NCBI GenBank assembly: GCA_010093815.1
Contig: ML996566.1
DNA: 64,000 nt
Reading direction: 5' to 3' (one strand)
DNA from: Pseudovirgaria hyperparasitica
Taxonomy: Eukaryota
Part shown: positions 50,441 to 64,000 of the stretch, in pieces
How the letters are laid out: every line of letters begins with the position of its first letter
How positions within the stretch are numbered: position 1 is the stretch's first letter
Made by a program: the position numbers and the translations under genes
The notes under the pieces: generated by a model
The model's input: the letters and a program-made list of their open reading frames with translations, nothing else
Databases searched by the model: none
Told to the model about the DNA's origin: nothing

Positions 50441-53400
50441 TTACATATTTGCTAATTCAGCATCAATCTGGTGGTCGAGGAATGTCTTGCGTTCTCCATT
50501 CAACTGGGTCTGAAGCCTTTGCTCCGCCAAAGCCTTGAGCTGCTTCTTAGTAACAGTGTCAAGGTCAACCTCACCGAGGCATGCTTGAATGGCCTCGATA
50601 ATCTGTGCATCTGACGGCCCGCTTGTCATTGATTGAAAGTTGAGGTTAGAGGCGGGTCTGCTTCCCATACCGGGCCTGCCCATCAAATTGTCCGATGATT
50701 GGAACCCTATTTGACTAGGTCTGTGATGTGCATATGGCGAGTTCTGGGCGTACACATCACTCATGTTCCCCATTGACATGTGGCGTTCGTTTTGCGGGTT
50801 GTCTTGGTATCGATTCAGGGTATATGAGGATTGCCGCTGTTGCATCCCGAATGGATTCGGAGAATGCGATTGTGGGGGCATATGCATCGAGTTGTGGTTG
50901 TTGAAGCCGAGGATCGTCGACGCCGGCTGAACAGATGAGTAGACGGACTGCATGTCGTTCATTTCAAACCCATCATCGTCATATGTGCTTTGAGCGCCTT
51001 TCTCGGCCGTCGCAACAAGGCCGCGTCTGCCCGGTAAATTATTGGCGGTAGCATAGTCGTCCCATCGTTGGAGTGGAATGCTTCGAGGGTCAAATCCTTC
51101 ATCATCAACGGCGATGACTTGTTTGTTGCCTTGTTCACCAATGACGATACGCGTGTTACCCCATGAGAAGTCGTCCTGCTTCCAGAATGAATAGACTGGC
51201 AGAGCGAAAGAATAGATAGGGAACGCGAGGATGTAGATAATCATCCAGCCAACGTGCTGCCATTGTCGCTTCACAATGAAGATAATGGCTTGTAGACCAT
51301 ACACAGCTGCAAGCATTACAATCGAGAAGATAGGGAGTTGACCTTTACCTGTGGCTACCGTATAGATTAAATAGACGATGTATCCACAGGTGGCCGGAAG
51401 AATGATAGTACCGAACAGGTCGATAAAGACGACGAATCTCATACTGAAGCAGCAGAAACCGCACATGTCCTTGAGGAATATGAGTTCGCCCAAATTGTGA
51501 ATTGTCGAGTTGATCCAGCGACGTCTCTGCGATAGAAGGATGCTCCAAGTCTCTGGTGCAGCAGTTTTGGCGTATGCATCGGGAATAAACTTGTAGGAAT
51601 GGCCCGGAAAGTGTTTGGTCATGAGCGTTGTCAGATAACGATCCTCTCCGAGTGATAGCAGATTTTTCTTGTGCAGCGTGTCGACATCGCAGTCACTATA
51701 CTCGTTGATGACCTTGTCAGAAATAATCAGCGGACGACCCTTATCCGCCGTGCGCAATCGGTACATGCAGAAACTGTAAAGTATTAGTGGCCGAGGACGA
51801 AGCGTATGTGTAATTCTGCAGTTATCTTACCATCCAGGTAAACATGTAACACTTCCAAACAAACTTTCGAAGGCCTTCGCCAAGTGATGCGAGATGTAGT
51901 ATTCATATACTTGAATCATCGTCCACCAAGTTCGTTCTTCATTCTCCAAGCTGGTTTCGCCACAGATTCCGGCAATCTTTGCATCATTGGCACAGCTTGC
52001 AACGAGGCGATTCAGGGAGTCTTCCTTGACCATCGTGTCGGCATCGACCATGAAGAGATATTCGTAGAGTTCGGGATCGACACCAATGATGTTATTGATT
52101 TGATGAAACATCTCGAGTTCCAGGGGAGACATGGGAGCGCGATGATGAACCCGATTGAGGAAGCTCATGAGCAGGATCTGGGAGTCCCGCTTTCCACGAT
52201 TACCAGGCTTGGCCTTCCTTTGTTCCGATTCCTTACCGACTTTGACTACAACGATGTAGGGGACAACGTTGCCTTCGTACTCGTACAGTCCAGAATAGAC
52301 CTTACCGTAGTTAAGTTGCTCGCTGCCTTGGCCTACCGACTTGAAGGGAAGAGCGGGAGGATCGACTTTCGGGTCCACACCAAGAATGTCGAGTACAATC
52401 TTCGGTGTTGGTCTATCATTTCCGCCTCCGACAATCATGCCGTCACATATTACACAAATGAGCTTCCGTTTGTTATCATATGCCAGCGCAGTCAAAGAAT
52501 CCAAACCCTTCCGAAGCTGGTCTTCCCCTTCGGTGTAGGCGGGAACCTGACAAATAACAAATTTATCTTGAGCTGCTGGCCGTCTTTTGGATCCAAGTTG
52601 AAGTGCGGCTAAGAACTTGACAAGAATCACAGTACAGAGAATAATAGTGAAAGCCAACAACAGATAGTCGTTTACCTGACACCTCGCAGTTTTCCGGAAG
52701 TCTGTTTCGCCGATGTAGAAGAGGTTCTTAAAGCATTGTAGATGAACACCACTGGTCGTTGAGTTGAATTGATTGTTCCAGTCCTCTGTAATGTCCTGGC
52801 CAGCATTGTCCTTTATTAGCTGTGCGACGTTGTCGTAGACAAAAGTATAATAAGGATTATCATCCATGAGGTCCAGAGTGTGGAAGTAATCCGTCAGATC
52901 GAAAACTTGTCCATCATAGATGAACCAATAATGGTTTTGATTTTTGCCTTCACTCTCGATCTTGGACTTCTCAGTCACTAGCGGTCCTTTGTAGTACTCT
53001 TTCATCTTCGGGAGGAAGTTCTCGCTATACCAGGTCTGGCTAGCAAGTTTACTCGTACGGTCGGATGTCATATTGCCAGATTTGTGGATTCCCTGCGTAT
53101 TGCCGGTCGTAGTATTTGAGATGAGTGTGATCTGATTGTCAGTGACCAGGCCTGGACAGGCAAGAGTCAACGGTGGAATGATGTATGGGTCCATGTCGGC
53201 ACCGGCAAAAGGCTGCATATTCTCAGTAGTCGTCTCAATGTGCGTGTCGGAGTGTTGTTTCCTCCAGAAGTCGCTAATATCGTACACCTTTCCACGATGG
53301 CTTACGTAGAAATCATCGTCACCCTGGTGATAGGAGACCTCCTGGCGATTCCAGACTTTGTCTTTGTTGGGGCAGAGAAGTTTTCCGAAGAAAACAATGT

Positions 53401-55789
53401 AGAAGATAATGGTGGCATTGAGGAGAAAGATGAGCAAGCAGAGCACAAGCTTCTCTCGCCAGGCCATTCTCACATCTGGGCGTTTCATGCGTCCAACCAG
53501 TTTCAGTACAGGTGATGGGATCCAGAACGTGAACGCCCATACGACAAAAACCCAGATCTTCCTGGTCTTCGAGATTGGCTGTTCTGTAACAACGCGGTGC
53601 TCTCCAGTCTCTGGGTCGAACCCCGGATAGTACGACACCCCTTTATTTTCATCGCCCTTATGCCCAAGTCCGTAGTCGCCAGGAGTGTTCCCCTTGATTG
53701 TTGGGGCCAACGTGGGCGCTATGGACTGAGCGCCGAAGACACTTTGGCGACCAGCTAGATTAGCCGAACTATGCTGAGGTTCCAGGAGGTCGTCTCGACT
53801 AGCCTGTGGAGTCGCAAATGGACCTGCTCCCAGATAGCTGTTGTCCATGCCACCGGCTCCGATCATGCCACCGAGCATGGTGGCAGGGGAGGCATCATCC
53901 ATCGGTTTGAGATCTAACATACTTTCGGCTTCCCACCAAGCGGTTTCCCTAATCCAGATGCGTTCGGTCCCGACGATGACTTCACCGTTACTCCAACCTC
54001 GCTCCAGAATCCAATTTTCGATGCCTTCTCTGCCATCCTGACATCCCAAGCGGGAGTAACGCTCGACAAATTCAGTGATGTCGAAGTCCGCTGTGAAGTC
54101 AAGCTGCTTATTTCGCCGATTGGCCCACTCGGGAAGTCGCCATGAGCGCAACTGTGCAGACACTGCACCAGCTGACCATGAGCCTGAGGCGCCTTGAGAC
54201 AAAGCTGATGGAACATCGTCGGTGGGGTGTAACGCAAGTTGGAACCAGACACGGCTGCTACCAAGTACTGTAGATAAATCGAAACGGCCAAGTTTGCCCA
54301 AGACAATTCCTTGGCCATCAATAGGAAAGAGCACACCCTTGAGAAAACAATCGTCTTCCATATCGTACGCAACCTTTTCCAATACCGCCTCTCGTCGTTC
54401 GCGATCATGTTCATGCTCGCGTCCAGCAGCGTTGCTCATAATACCAAGGTCAGGCTCAGATTCAGAGATAGCACTTTGCATTTCTCGGATGACGGATGAT
54501 CCAGCAGGTGTAAATTCCACGCCGTCTTCTTTCAATTCGGCATTGATGCCCTGGGAGTCATCAAAGATGTTCCGTAGTGAGATAGCTTTGCCTAGAGCTT
54601 GATTTGGAATCTCTACAACCGTGATACTCACAGTATCACCGTTCTCAGACTCGGTATCAGGTGTTGGCGGGCCAGCATCGCTATTATCAGAAGAGCCAAG
54701 TTTGATACCCTTGAGTTCTAGCCTAATCGATTCATTTGCTTTGGTGATGACCCAATCAACGAGCGCCTCATAAAGACCGGCAATCAGGACTTCACGGTCA
54801 GTGGTGTCACATTTCCGAAGTAGGATTAGGGGGTCCATGTTCAGGAGTGCAGCAACATCGTTGCATACATCTTCCAGGACATCGGAGTCAACGAGGAAGC
54901 CGACAGTGTCGCCGAGCTTCAGAATACCAGCGAGTGCTGCGATCAGGTCTCGCAGACTACGACCTCTAATGCCGATGGCCTTCAAATTTTCGCGGAAATC
55001 CTCACTCGCGGCTGCATCATCAGCAGTGGGGACATAGGATGGAACATTGTATGTGCCCGATTTGGAGAGCAGTGCGTACTCAGAAGCCGATTTCAGTCCT
55101 AGAATCTCTCTCTCCTGTGGAGAAGCGGAGGGCGAATTGAGATAGTAAAATACATCGAAAGCGCGGAATCCAGGTTCTGACGGAACGCGCAGTAACCCTT
55201 TCTTGGTATCTATGCCAGTTGTCGACAGAGCAATCGAGGCACCCGTAATTGCTCCTGACAAGTCCATAGAAAAGTTCCCAGATAAGGCCGAGTGGCGGGC
55301 ATAGGAATGATTAAGAGGTGTAACGCAATGCGTGAACGCTTTGAGAACATCGAGGGCTGTATAGAAGCTGGTGGGTACCGTGAGCGGAAGAGCCGAGACG
55401 AAAGGAGCAAGTTGTGATGGCGTTGATGGGTGCAATGATCTAGATTGAAGTAGTAAGTAAATGGCCATTCGGCTGAAAGGATCGATTGCCTACCCAAGGA
55501 CAATGCAGCCATCCTCAGCTCTTCTCCTGGCATGTTCCCAGGCTTTGCGACCTAGCTCGACGTCTACAGTGCCTCCGTACCTTCCATCCGGACCCACATT
55601 ACTTGCCGTAATCCAAGTGTTCACCACCAAACTCGTGCTTGACTCTAAATAGTATGGCTGTCCAGAAGTATATGCAGTATGTAGGGCATTAAGTAGTGTC
55701 GTGACAGAGACCTGGCTCGAAATCCCATTGTTTGATCGTGGAGCCGACATGTTCGAGTAAATCGACATACGGCTGTTATAGTTTGCCAT
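50441..55789 (-). CDS. csmB: Chitin synthase with degenerate myosin-motor-like domain (class VII/VI, CsmB/ChsVb)
   Basis: Myosin-like N-terminus lacking a P-loop, cytochrome-b5-like domains, [20 protein letters not shown] and a C-terminal DEK-like domain. Introns 55440-55493 and 51774-51830. ATG at 55789. Confidence 0.95.
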
Positions 55790-57698
55790 AGTGTGCGAGC
55801 GGGCCACACGCCCTGTCTGTTGGAAAAACGCCGAATAAGTGTATCGATGATTCGTATCAGAAGTCTGTTGATGGCTTGTGAAGAGCGTATATGGTTCTGG
55901 TTCAGGCGGGTGAGTGGTTTTAGGGGTGTCGACGACAACGCGAGGCTACACGACCTGGCAACTAGATTCGACAGAAGAAGCGAGTGTGAATTTTAAAATT
56001 GAGCGAGTGTGAGTAAGGAGAGAAGATGAAGCGCAAGACACAAAGTCGAGCAAGAATGAGCAGGAGAGTGGTTGACGAAAGGGTGCGAAGGAGAATATCG
56101 GGGCAACCTTGGAGGAAGCGTCTCCAGCTCTAAGCCCAGCGTGTTTGTGTATGTAATCTATCACCAAAGAAGGCCTAGCCCCTAAACGACCAGAAACGCT
56201 GCTTATCACGTGACGTGTTCCAAGCTCGATCGGATTCTTCCAGCACGGAACCTCTGGCTTTTACACACACTTTCTTTCCAAAAGAGGTTTTAACGATTAA
56301 ATATTTAAGAAGGTCCTCCGAGTCCTTCCGGTCTTCTGAATGCTACTTAGAGTTGATGAGTGCCAGAACGTTATACGTAGACGTTGACTTGCGTCAGTAG
56401 TATAGTAGGTGGCCGCGAGCATGCTTCAGGGGGTAAGCAACTAGCATCGTATTGCATGCATGTTGCCTGGGTCCCCTTGACCGACCAATTGCAGAACACC
56501 AATGGCGCAAATCCTGTTGATCAATATTGAACTGCTGGCCTCAAGGACGTCCCCTGCTTGCAGATGGGTTATCCAGCTCCCGTCCAACCTGAGCCTCGAT
56601 TATCAATAGATAAAAGCTATTTTTGGTGTGGCACAACGGCCTGAAGTCTCATCCGTTTTACAAGAACAGGACTTGGTTCAATGCAGCTACGTCGAAGTAC
56701 TATCGAATGGTTGCACCGCCTCCCTTCGACCGGAGAAATGTGGATGCCAAAACAGTGAAGCTCCGAAATCGAGAAGTCAGAAAGAAAAGGAATTTCGTGC
56801 TTCATTTCCCATGTCCGACAGCAGCGTAGAATTGTTGATGAGCTACACAGGAGAGATAACCGAATGGACCCGCTTATGCCCCAGGTCCACTAATGCTGGT
56901 GATTGAAGTTTATACAAAAATTGCTGAGATGATGAAAACCGCGATGGTCGAGACTGAGTATGTTGTTGTGTTACACTGCCTGCCTGTTGTTGGCGGTTAC
57001 AGGCGTGCTGCGGTGAGAACCTCGGGCTGGCACAGTTGCCATCGCGCTATCGATAGATAATATTTACTGCGCACTTTTCGCCACCAAGACGCTCTTCGAT
57101 CTCATTTACGCCTCTGATAGGCCAGGTTTGGCTCTCGCGAGCCGTAGAACGGGACGCAGAGAGGCAACCGTCAGATGGGATGAGTGACGTTCAATCATAT
57201 CATAACGTGATTATTACTTCTGGATCGACAGCAGGGCCATATTGAGGACTTTCAGATGCAGCAAAAGTTGTATGTGTGTATACTATGGAATGCCTCAGTT
57301 ATGGAGTACTGTGGTCGTGGTGGCGCAAATGACAACCTTGTTTGGTGCATCTCTGTACATAGTTTGACACGTGATGAGTCGCACTAGCGATCCGTCCGCT
57401 CACTGCTTACTGCCTTCGAAAAGTCCATCTTCTACTACTACTGTCTACCTGGTTATTTAGGACCACCACTTCTTGCCTCAACAATCACATCTCGGGCTTG
57501 TTACATGTGTAATAAATCCTTTGTCTTCTGACATACCTTCGTTTCATGGGATTCCTTTTTCCTTAACACACTCGTTGATCTCCTCGCGCTCGTTTCGTGT
57601 CTACCCCTGTTTGAGCCTCAGCACGACCACTCGATCTACCAACATCTTCGACTGGTATCAACACTCGCTACGCGTTCCTTAGGGACGCTCAATCAATT
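55790..57698. promoter_or_regulatory. Shared bidirectional promoter of csmB/csmA
   Basis: Head-to-head start codons 1.9 kb apart. CACGTG E-boxes at 56207-56212 and 57368-57373, and an Rlm1-like CTATTTTTGG at about 56617. Confidence 0.6.
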
Positions 57699-60600
57699 AT
57701 GGCTCACCATTCGTACACGGGCAACTCGCCTCAGTTTGCACAGTCTTCACTACCACTACTTCCTGCACATCTTCAATCCGACACTCAGCTTACGGCACAT
57801 CTTGCGAGTCGATTCCATGCCCACTTACCGACATCTCAGCTTTCCTCTCAGGCTATTATAGCTCTTAATACATACTCCGGATCGGCAAAAGGAATCGATG
57901 GCACCAAAGATGGCAGTGCCATGGCAGCTGCGGAGGACCTCGCTGCACGCGCCTTCAAGCGACTAGGACATCGTAGTGAAAGCCAGGCTATAGTATTCCT
58001 GTAGGCATTGTGCAGCATGTGCTTGTATATGGAACCGCACTGACAAGATACAGCGGAGAATCTGGCTCGGGCAAAACAACGATCCGATCTCACTTGTTAA
58101 CAGCACTGCTATCCTACTCGGCCACGCCTCTGTCCCAAAAGCTTTCATACGCAGCCTTTGTCTTTGACTCATTGACTACAACAAAATCACTTACCACGCC
58201 CACAGCGTCGAAATCCGGTCTACTGTTCGAACTCCAGTACGATACGACCACATCAATGCATCCTACACTGATTGGAGGGAAGGTTCTAGATCATCGCCTA
58301 GAAAGAAGTCGAATCACTGCTGTACCCACAGGGGAACGCAACTTTCACATCCTATACTACCTCTTGGCTGGGACAAGTGCAGCCGAAAAAGCACACCTCG
58401 GTCTCGATGGCACGTTACAATCTAATGAACCTGGGTCACGTTTGTCCAATGGTGCCGGAAAACGGTGGAGATACTTAGGACATCCAACACAGCTCAGAGT
58501 TGGCGTGAACGATACCGAAGGATTTCAACATTTCAAAACAGCTCTGCGAAAACTTGAATTTCCTCGCAGTGAAATCGCTGAAATTTGCCAAATTCTGGCC
58601 AGCATTCTTCACATTGGACAATTAGAGTTTCACAGTAGCCAATCTACTACGCCTAATGCCGACGACAGCGGCGGCTATTCTCATGAAGGAGGTGAAGAAG
58701 TTACCATGGTCAAGAATAAGGAGACTCTCAAGACGGTGGCAGCATTCCTTGGTGTAAGTGCTCAAGATCTCGAGCGTAGTTTCGGGCACAAAACGAAAAC
58801 CCTCCACAAAGAGCGCGTGACAGTCATGCTTGATCCGAAAGGTGCTCGAGCAAATGCCGACGAATTCGCTCGAACACTTTACTCCCTTCTTGTGGCATAC
58901 GTAATCGAACAGACGAACGAGAAGATATGCGCGCTTGAGGAATCTGTAGCCAACACTGTCTCAATAGTTGACTTTCCAGGTTTCTCTCAAGTCTCCTCGA
59001 CCGGATCCACACTCGACCAGCTTCTGAATAATGTTGCTACAGAGTCTCACTACAATTTCTGTCTGCAAAGTTTCTTCGAACGTAATAGCGATATGCTTGA
59101 AAGCGAGGACATTTCAGTGCCTGCTACGAGCTACTTCGACAACACGGATGCGGTGAAGGGTCTCATGAAACACGGCAATGGTCTTCTCAGCATCTTAGAC
59201 GACCAGATGCGTAGGGGCAAAACGGACGCGGAATTTTTAGAAAGCGTTAAGAAGCGTTTCAACGGCAAAAATCCTGCAATAACTGGGGGTGACATCATGG
59301 CTACAATGCCTGGAAGTAATTTCGCAACGCACAACGCCTCGGCTTCTTTCACCGTCAAGCACTTCTCCGGCGAAGTTGACTACCCTGTCGACGGTCTCCT
59401 TGAGGAGAATGCTGAGGTCATCTCCGGAGACTTGCTCAATCTTATAAACTCCACTCGTATTCCATTCATTGGAGAGCTTTTCGGCCAGGCTGCGCTCAAT
59501 ACGGTCGTCCACCCGAAGGAAAAGTCATCGGTGATGCAGGCTTCAGTCAGCTCTAAACCAACACGAATGCCCAGCATGGCCAGACGTAAAATTGACAAGC
59601 TGTCGAAGCTCGGTAATCGCAAAGTTAGCGGTGGCGAATCGGACGGCGGTAGCGACCTCGATGCTCGAAGCATATCAAAGAACGGTCGTACAAAAGATGT
59701 ATCTGCTGGGAAGCAACAAGGTGCTGCTGCTCAGTTCTTGTCTTCCCTAGACGTTATTACAAAGTCTTTGTCTCGGCCCAGCGTCAATCCTTATTTTGTC
59801 TTCTGTCTGAAGCCCAATGACCGTCGGATTGCAAATCAGTTTGACAGCAAATGCGTGCGTATGCAGATGCAGACCTTTGGGATTGCCGAGATCAGTCAAC
59901 GTCTACGAAATGCAGACTACAGCGTCTTTGTACCATTTGCTGAATTCCTTGGACTTTGCGAAAGCGACGCTATGCTTGTAGGCAGCGAGAAGGAGCAGGT
60001 GGAGATGATTCTCGATGACAAACGGTGGGCGGCGAACGAAGCCAAAGCTGGCACGACCGGCGTTTTCCTAAGCGAGAAATGCTGGCTTGAAATTGCTAAT
60101 GTCCCAGCATTTGGGACTACTAGCACTCGTCACGCCGGTGCAGATATTGAAGAGGATCAGTCTGGCTTTCTTACTCCTGGTGACGGCGCGCGCTCTGGAT
60201 ATAGTGATTCACACGTTAGGCTCGTTGGAAATTCTCAGTCTGGAGGTCCATACACGGATGACAAAGCTGGTGGCTACTTCGGTAGCAGAGACATTGATGT
60301 CAAGTCCGAAGCTGGTATATCTGCTGTGCATAGCGGAGATATGTTCAAGAATCTCGAGACTCGCGAGCAAATGGCCGAAAAAGGAGCAGAGACCAAGAAG
60401 ATGGAAGAGATTGATGTTGCACACGTCAGTGGCAGCCGCAAACGCTGGTTGTTTGTCGTCTACATGTTGACCTTCTTCATCCCCGATTTTCTGATCAAAT
60501 GGATTGGACGCATGCCGCGCAAGGACATCCGCATTGCTTGGCGCGAGAAACTCACAATCAACATTCTCATATGGATCAGCTGCGCAGCGGTCATGTTTCT

Positions 60601-63398
60601 CATGATTGGATTTCCTATGCTGATTTGCCCAACCCAACACGTCTTCTCTACTGCCGAACTGACGTCGAAGGATGGCAAGGATGGTCATGATGCTTATGTA
60701 TCAATTCGAGGTGTTGTCTACGATCTCGGCGACTTCATACCTGTCCACTATCCATCCATCGTTCCTGATTCGGCGCTCGAGAAATACGCTGGCAAAGATG
60801 CAACCAACATTTTCCCCGTTCAAGTTAGCGCTCTTTGCGACGGAAAAGATGGCTCGATTGATGAAGCTGTCCAGCTCAGCTATCAAAATTACAACTACAC
60901 CGGAACAAATTCTGCAACTAGCTCAGACGATACCAACGCTAAGTATCACGATTTCCGATACCAGACGAACGATACCAGGAAGGACTGGTGGTGGGAACAA
61001 CAAGTCTATCTCAAGGCTAATTACTACAAAGGACGCATTGGTTTTAGCCCAGAATACTTGAGGACTCTCGCAGATAGTGGGAACTCTATCGCGTATATCA
61101 ACGAACGTATCTACGATTTCACAGCATATATTCCTGGTGGCCGTGCTCCGAAGTATCCTGTAGGCACCGAGCCTTCCAATCCACCACCAGATTCTGATTT
61201 CATGGACCAGCAAGTCGTCAACTTGTTTCAACAACGATCTGGAATGGATGTCACAAAGTATTGGGACAACCTGAACATCGATGCGGCCCTAAAGAATCGC
61301 ATGAAAGTTTGTCTGGATAATCTGTTCTACGTCGGTCAGCTCGATACCAGAAACTCGACACAGTGTAAATTTGCGACTTACCTACTTTTGGCCATCTCTT
61401 TATTGCTGGTCACCGTCATAGGTTTCAAATTCCTGGCTGCTCTGCAGTTCTCGAGGAAGAACGTTCCTGAGAACCTCGATAAATTCGTCATCTGCACTAT
61501 CCCAGCATATACCGAGGACGAGGACTCTCTACGTCGCGCTATCGACTCCGCCGCCCGTATGAAGTACGATGATAAACGTAAACTTCTGGTCGTTATCTGT
61601 GACGGTATGATTATTGGACAGGGAAACGACCGACCCACGCCCCGGATCGTACTAGATATCCTTGGCGTTTCCGAATCTGTCGATCCAGAGCCTTTGAGCT
61701 TCGAAAGTTTGGGCGAAGGCATGAAGCAGCATAACATGGGCAAGGTCTACTCTGGTCTTTATGAGGTTCAAGGACATATCGTCCCATTTCTCGTCATCGT
61801 CAAGATTGGAAAGCCGTCAGAAGTCTCTCGCCCCGGTAACCGTGGCAAACGTGACTCACAGATGGTTTTGATGCGTTTCTTGAATCGTGTTCACTACAAC
61901 CTCGCGATGTCACCTCTCGAGCTGGAAATGCATCATCAGATCCGGAATATTATTGGCGTAAATCCGACCTTTTACGAATTTCTGCTCCAGATAGATGCAG
62001 ACACTGTCGTTGCTGCGGACTCGGCTACTCGATTTGTTGCCAACTTTTTACACGACACTCGCTTGATAGGCGTTTGCGGTGAGACCGAGTTGACCAATGC
62101 CAAGTCTTCCATGGTCACTATGATTCAGGTTTACGAATACTTCATTTCCCACAATCTGACGAAAGCATTTGAGAGTTTGTTCGGTTCAGTCACCTGTCTA
62201 CCAGGTTGCTTCACCATGTATCGCATCCGTGCGGCCGAAACAGGCAAGCCTCTCTTCGTCAGCAAAGAAGTCGTTGACGCCTATGCTGAGATTCGTGTGG
62301 ATACTTTGCATATGAAAAATCTGTTGCACTTGGGCGAGGATCGGTATCTCACGACCTTACTCCTCAAATTTCATCCAAAATATAAAACCAAGTACAACAG
62401 CCGCGCCCACGCTTGGACCATTGCACCGGACAGCTGGAAGGTATTCATGTCTCAACGTCGTCGTTGGATCAACTCTACCGTTCACAATCTAATGGAACTC
62501 ATTCCCATGCAACAGCTGTGTGGTTTCTGTTGTTTCTCTATGCGGTTCATCGTCTTCCTGGATCTGGTCTCGACAATCATTCAGCCTGTTATTGTTGCCT
62601 ACCTTGTCTATCTAATCGTCCTAGTAGCAAGAGGTGGTACATCGGTAGTTCCCATCACATCCCTGCTTCTCTTAGGTGCGATCTATGGTTTGCAAGCAGT
62701 CATCTTTATTTTGCGCAGGAAGTGGGAAATGATTGGATGGATGATCATCTACATCCTAGCCACCCCGGTCTTCGCGTGTGCGCTTCCTCTATACTCATTC
62801 TGGCATATGGACGACTTCTCCTGGGGCAACACTCGTATCGTCACCGGAGAGAAGGGTCAGAAGATCGTTGTGTCAGACGAAGGCAAGTTCGACCCTGCGA
62901 GTATTCCACATAAGAAATGGGAAGAATACCAGGCCGAGCTCTGGGACGCGCAAACGTCCCGTGACGACCGCTCCGAGATCTCAGGTGTGTCGTACGGCAC
63001 TAAGCATTACGCCGCCTCTGAGCACGGTGGCTTCTATTCGCCGAATAGACCAATGTCCACAATGGATATGCCACCAATGCCACGTCAAGTCAGCCGACTC
63101 AGCCTCGCCCCTAGTGGCTTTGGTGGCTACCAGGAGTCAAACATGGATCTATCTGAACTAGCGGGTAATCTACCTAGCGATGATGCCATCCTCGCTGAAA
63201 TTCGAGATATTCTGCGGACAGCTGATCTGATGAACGTCACTAAGAAGAGCATCAAGCAAGAGTTGGAGAGAAGGTAAGCATGACAAGCCCTCCTATGACT
63301 TCAGAATCTAACTCATATTCAGATTTGGTGTCGACATGAATGCTAAGCGCGCATACATTGGTAGCGCGACCGAAGCAGTGCTATCTGGCCAGCTATGA
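57699..63398 (+). CDS. csmA: Class V myosin-motor chitin synthase (CsmA/ChsV)
   Basis: P-loop [26 protein letters not shown], cytochrome-b5-like domains, LGEDRYL, QRRRW and DEK-C. Introns 58001-58053 and 63274-63322. Stop TGA at 63396-63398. Confidence 0.97.
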
Positions 63399-63709
63399 GA
63401 TCCTATCTAATGTACGCTTTCGAATATCATTGGAAATATTGTAGTGAGCAAATATATGATCATTCTCTTTGTACGTTCACGACTTGATTAGAAATGAAAG
63501 AGGCCCGAATCATTACCTCTTTCTTTGTTATCAATTCTTGATTTCTCTCACTAGCGTTACGATATAAGATCGGTGTGAGATATTCCCTGGCGCGCGATTT
63601 TTTCAGAGCATGTAATATAGGGGCCGCGTGTATGTAACGTATGCATACACTGCCGCAGCTGGGATCACTAGCGTATAATATGCAATATATGATTGTTTGG
63701 AGGAGTCTT

Positions 63710-64000
63710 TCATCGTCTCATTCCCCTCGAGGACCGGTCGTCCCTTCGATCACCCCTGTCCCTCGTACTCCCTCTATCTCTATCTCTATCCTTATCTCTC
63801 TCCCGCTCGCGATCTCGCTCTCGTTCTCGCTCACGCTCACGATCTCGCTCTCCGTCCCGATCGCTACTGCTCACTGGCACCTCAACAACATACTCTTCCT
63901 CTTCGACGCGGAAATACCGCTCTACCATCTCCCTTTCGTCGCGCGCCCGAACCGGGCCTAGCATGAACCGCACCGTCCCACTCGTCCCCCGGACGCCTGT
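63710..64000 (-). CDS. 3' end of an unidentified gene with an RD/RE-repeat tail (partial)
   Basis: Frame open from the window edge: TGVRGTSGTVRFMLGPVRARDEREMVERYFRVEEEE..DRERERERERDRERERDKDRDRDR..RR*. Convergent with csmA. Confidence 0.55.
   Translation of the reverse strand, partial: TGVRGTSGTVRFMLGPVRARDEREMVERYFRVEEEEYVVEVPVSSSDRDGERDRERERERERDRERERDKDRDRDRGSTRDRGDRRDDRSSRGMRR

Noticed and set aside
56926..57025. ATGATGA...CTGA as a box C/D snoRNA
   Set aside because: CTGA lies only about 20 nt after the C box, and I see no terminal D box or recognisable rRNA guide.
1..64000. CRISPR arrays, rRNA, intact transposons or a secondary-metabolite cluster
   Set aside because: None seen: no repeat-spacer periodicity and no transposase, RT, integrase, PKS or NRPS motifs.

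Overview
Eukaryotic DNA from a filamentous ascomycete (Pezizomycotina; probably a dothideomycete, inferred from protein style only). It has short GT-AG introns with CTRAY branch points. The window is a gene-dense housekeeping block. In order: SWI6/cdc10-type APSES factor (3' end outside the window), LYR-motif protein, SSAT/Ats1-like GNAT acetyltransferase, Hsp110 (hsp88/SSE1), CENP-L/Fta1, PDH E2 (LAT1), SEC7, an intron-containing tRNA-Gly(CCC) in AT-rich DNA, Egt2-like PLP lyase, a RING-containing SNF2 ATPase, LSB6 PI4-kinase, a decayed F-box gene, the GATA factor AreB/Asd-4, SRP68, the PPR protein Cya5, two small orphan membrane proteins, END3, the head-to-head myosin-domain chitin synthases csmB/csmA, and the 3' end of an RD/RE-rich gene. 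The strongest candidate for new biology is in hsp88: a stop-free, in-frame 204-nt intron with a second internal donor, so alternative splicing could add a 45-aa NLS-like segment to the Hsp110 acidic loop. Other points of note are a GC-AG intron in the GNAT gene, a phased four-GATA-site array upstream of areB, a 7-nt tRNA intron, and a possible fossil DUF3505/TLH-like gene. All family assignments come from motif recognition by eye; no database searches were run.
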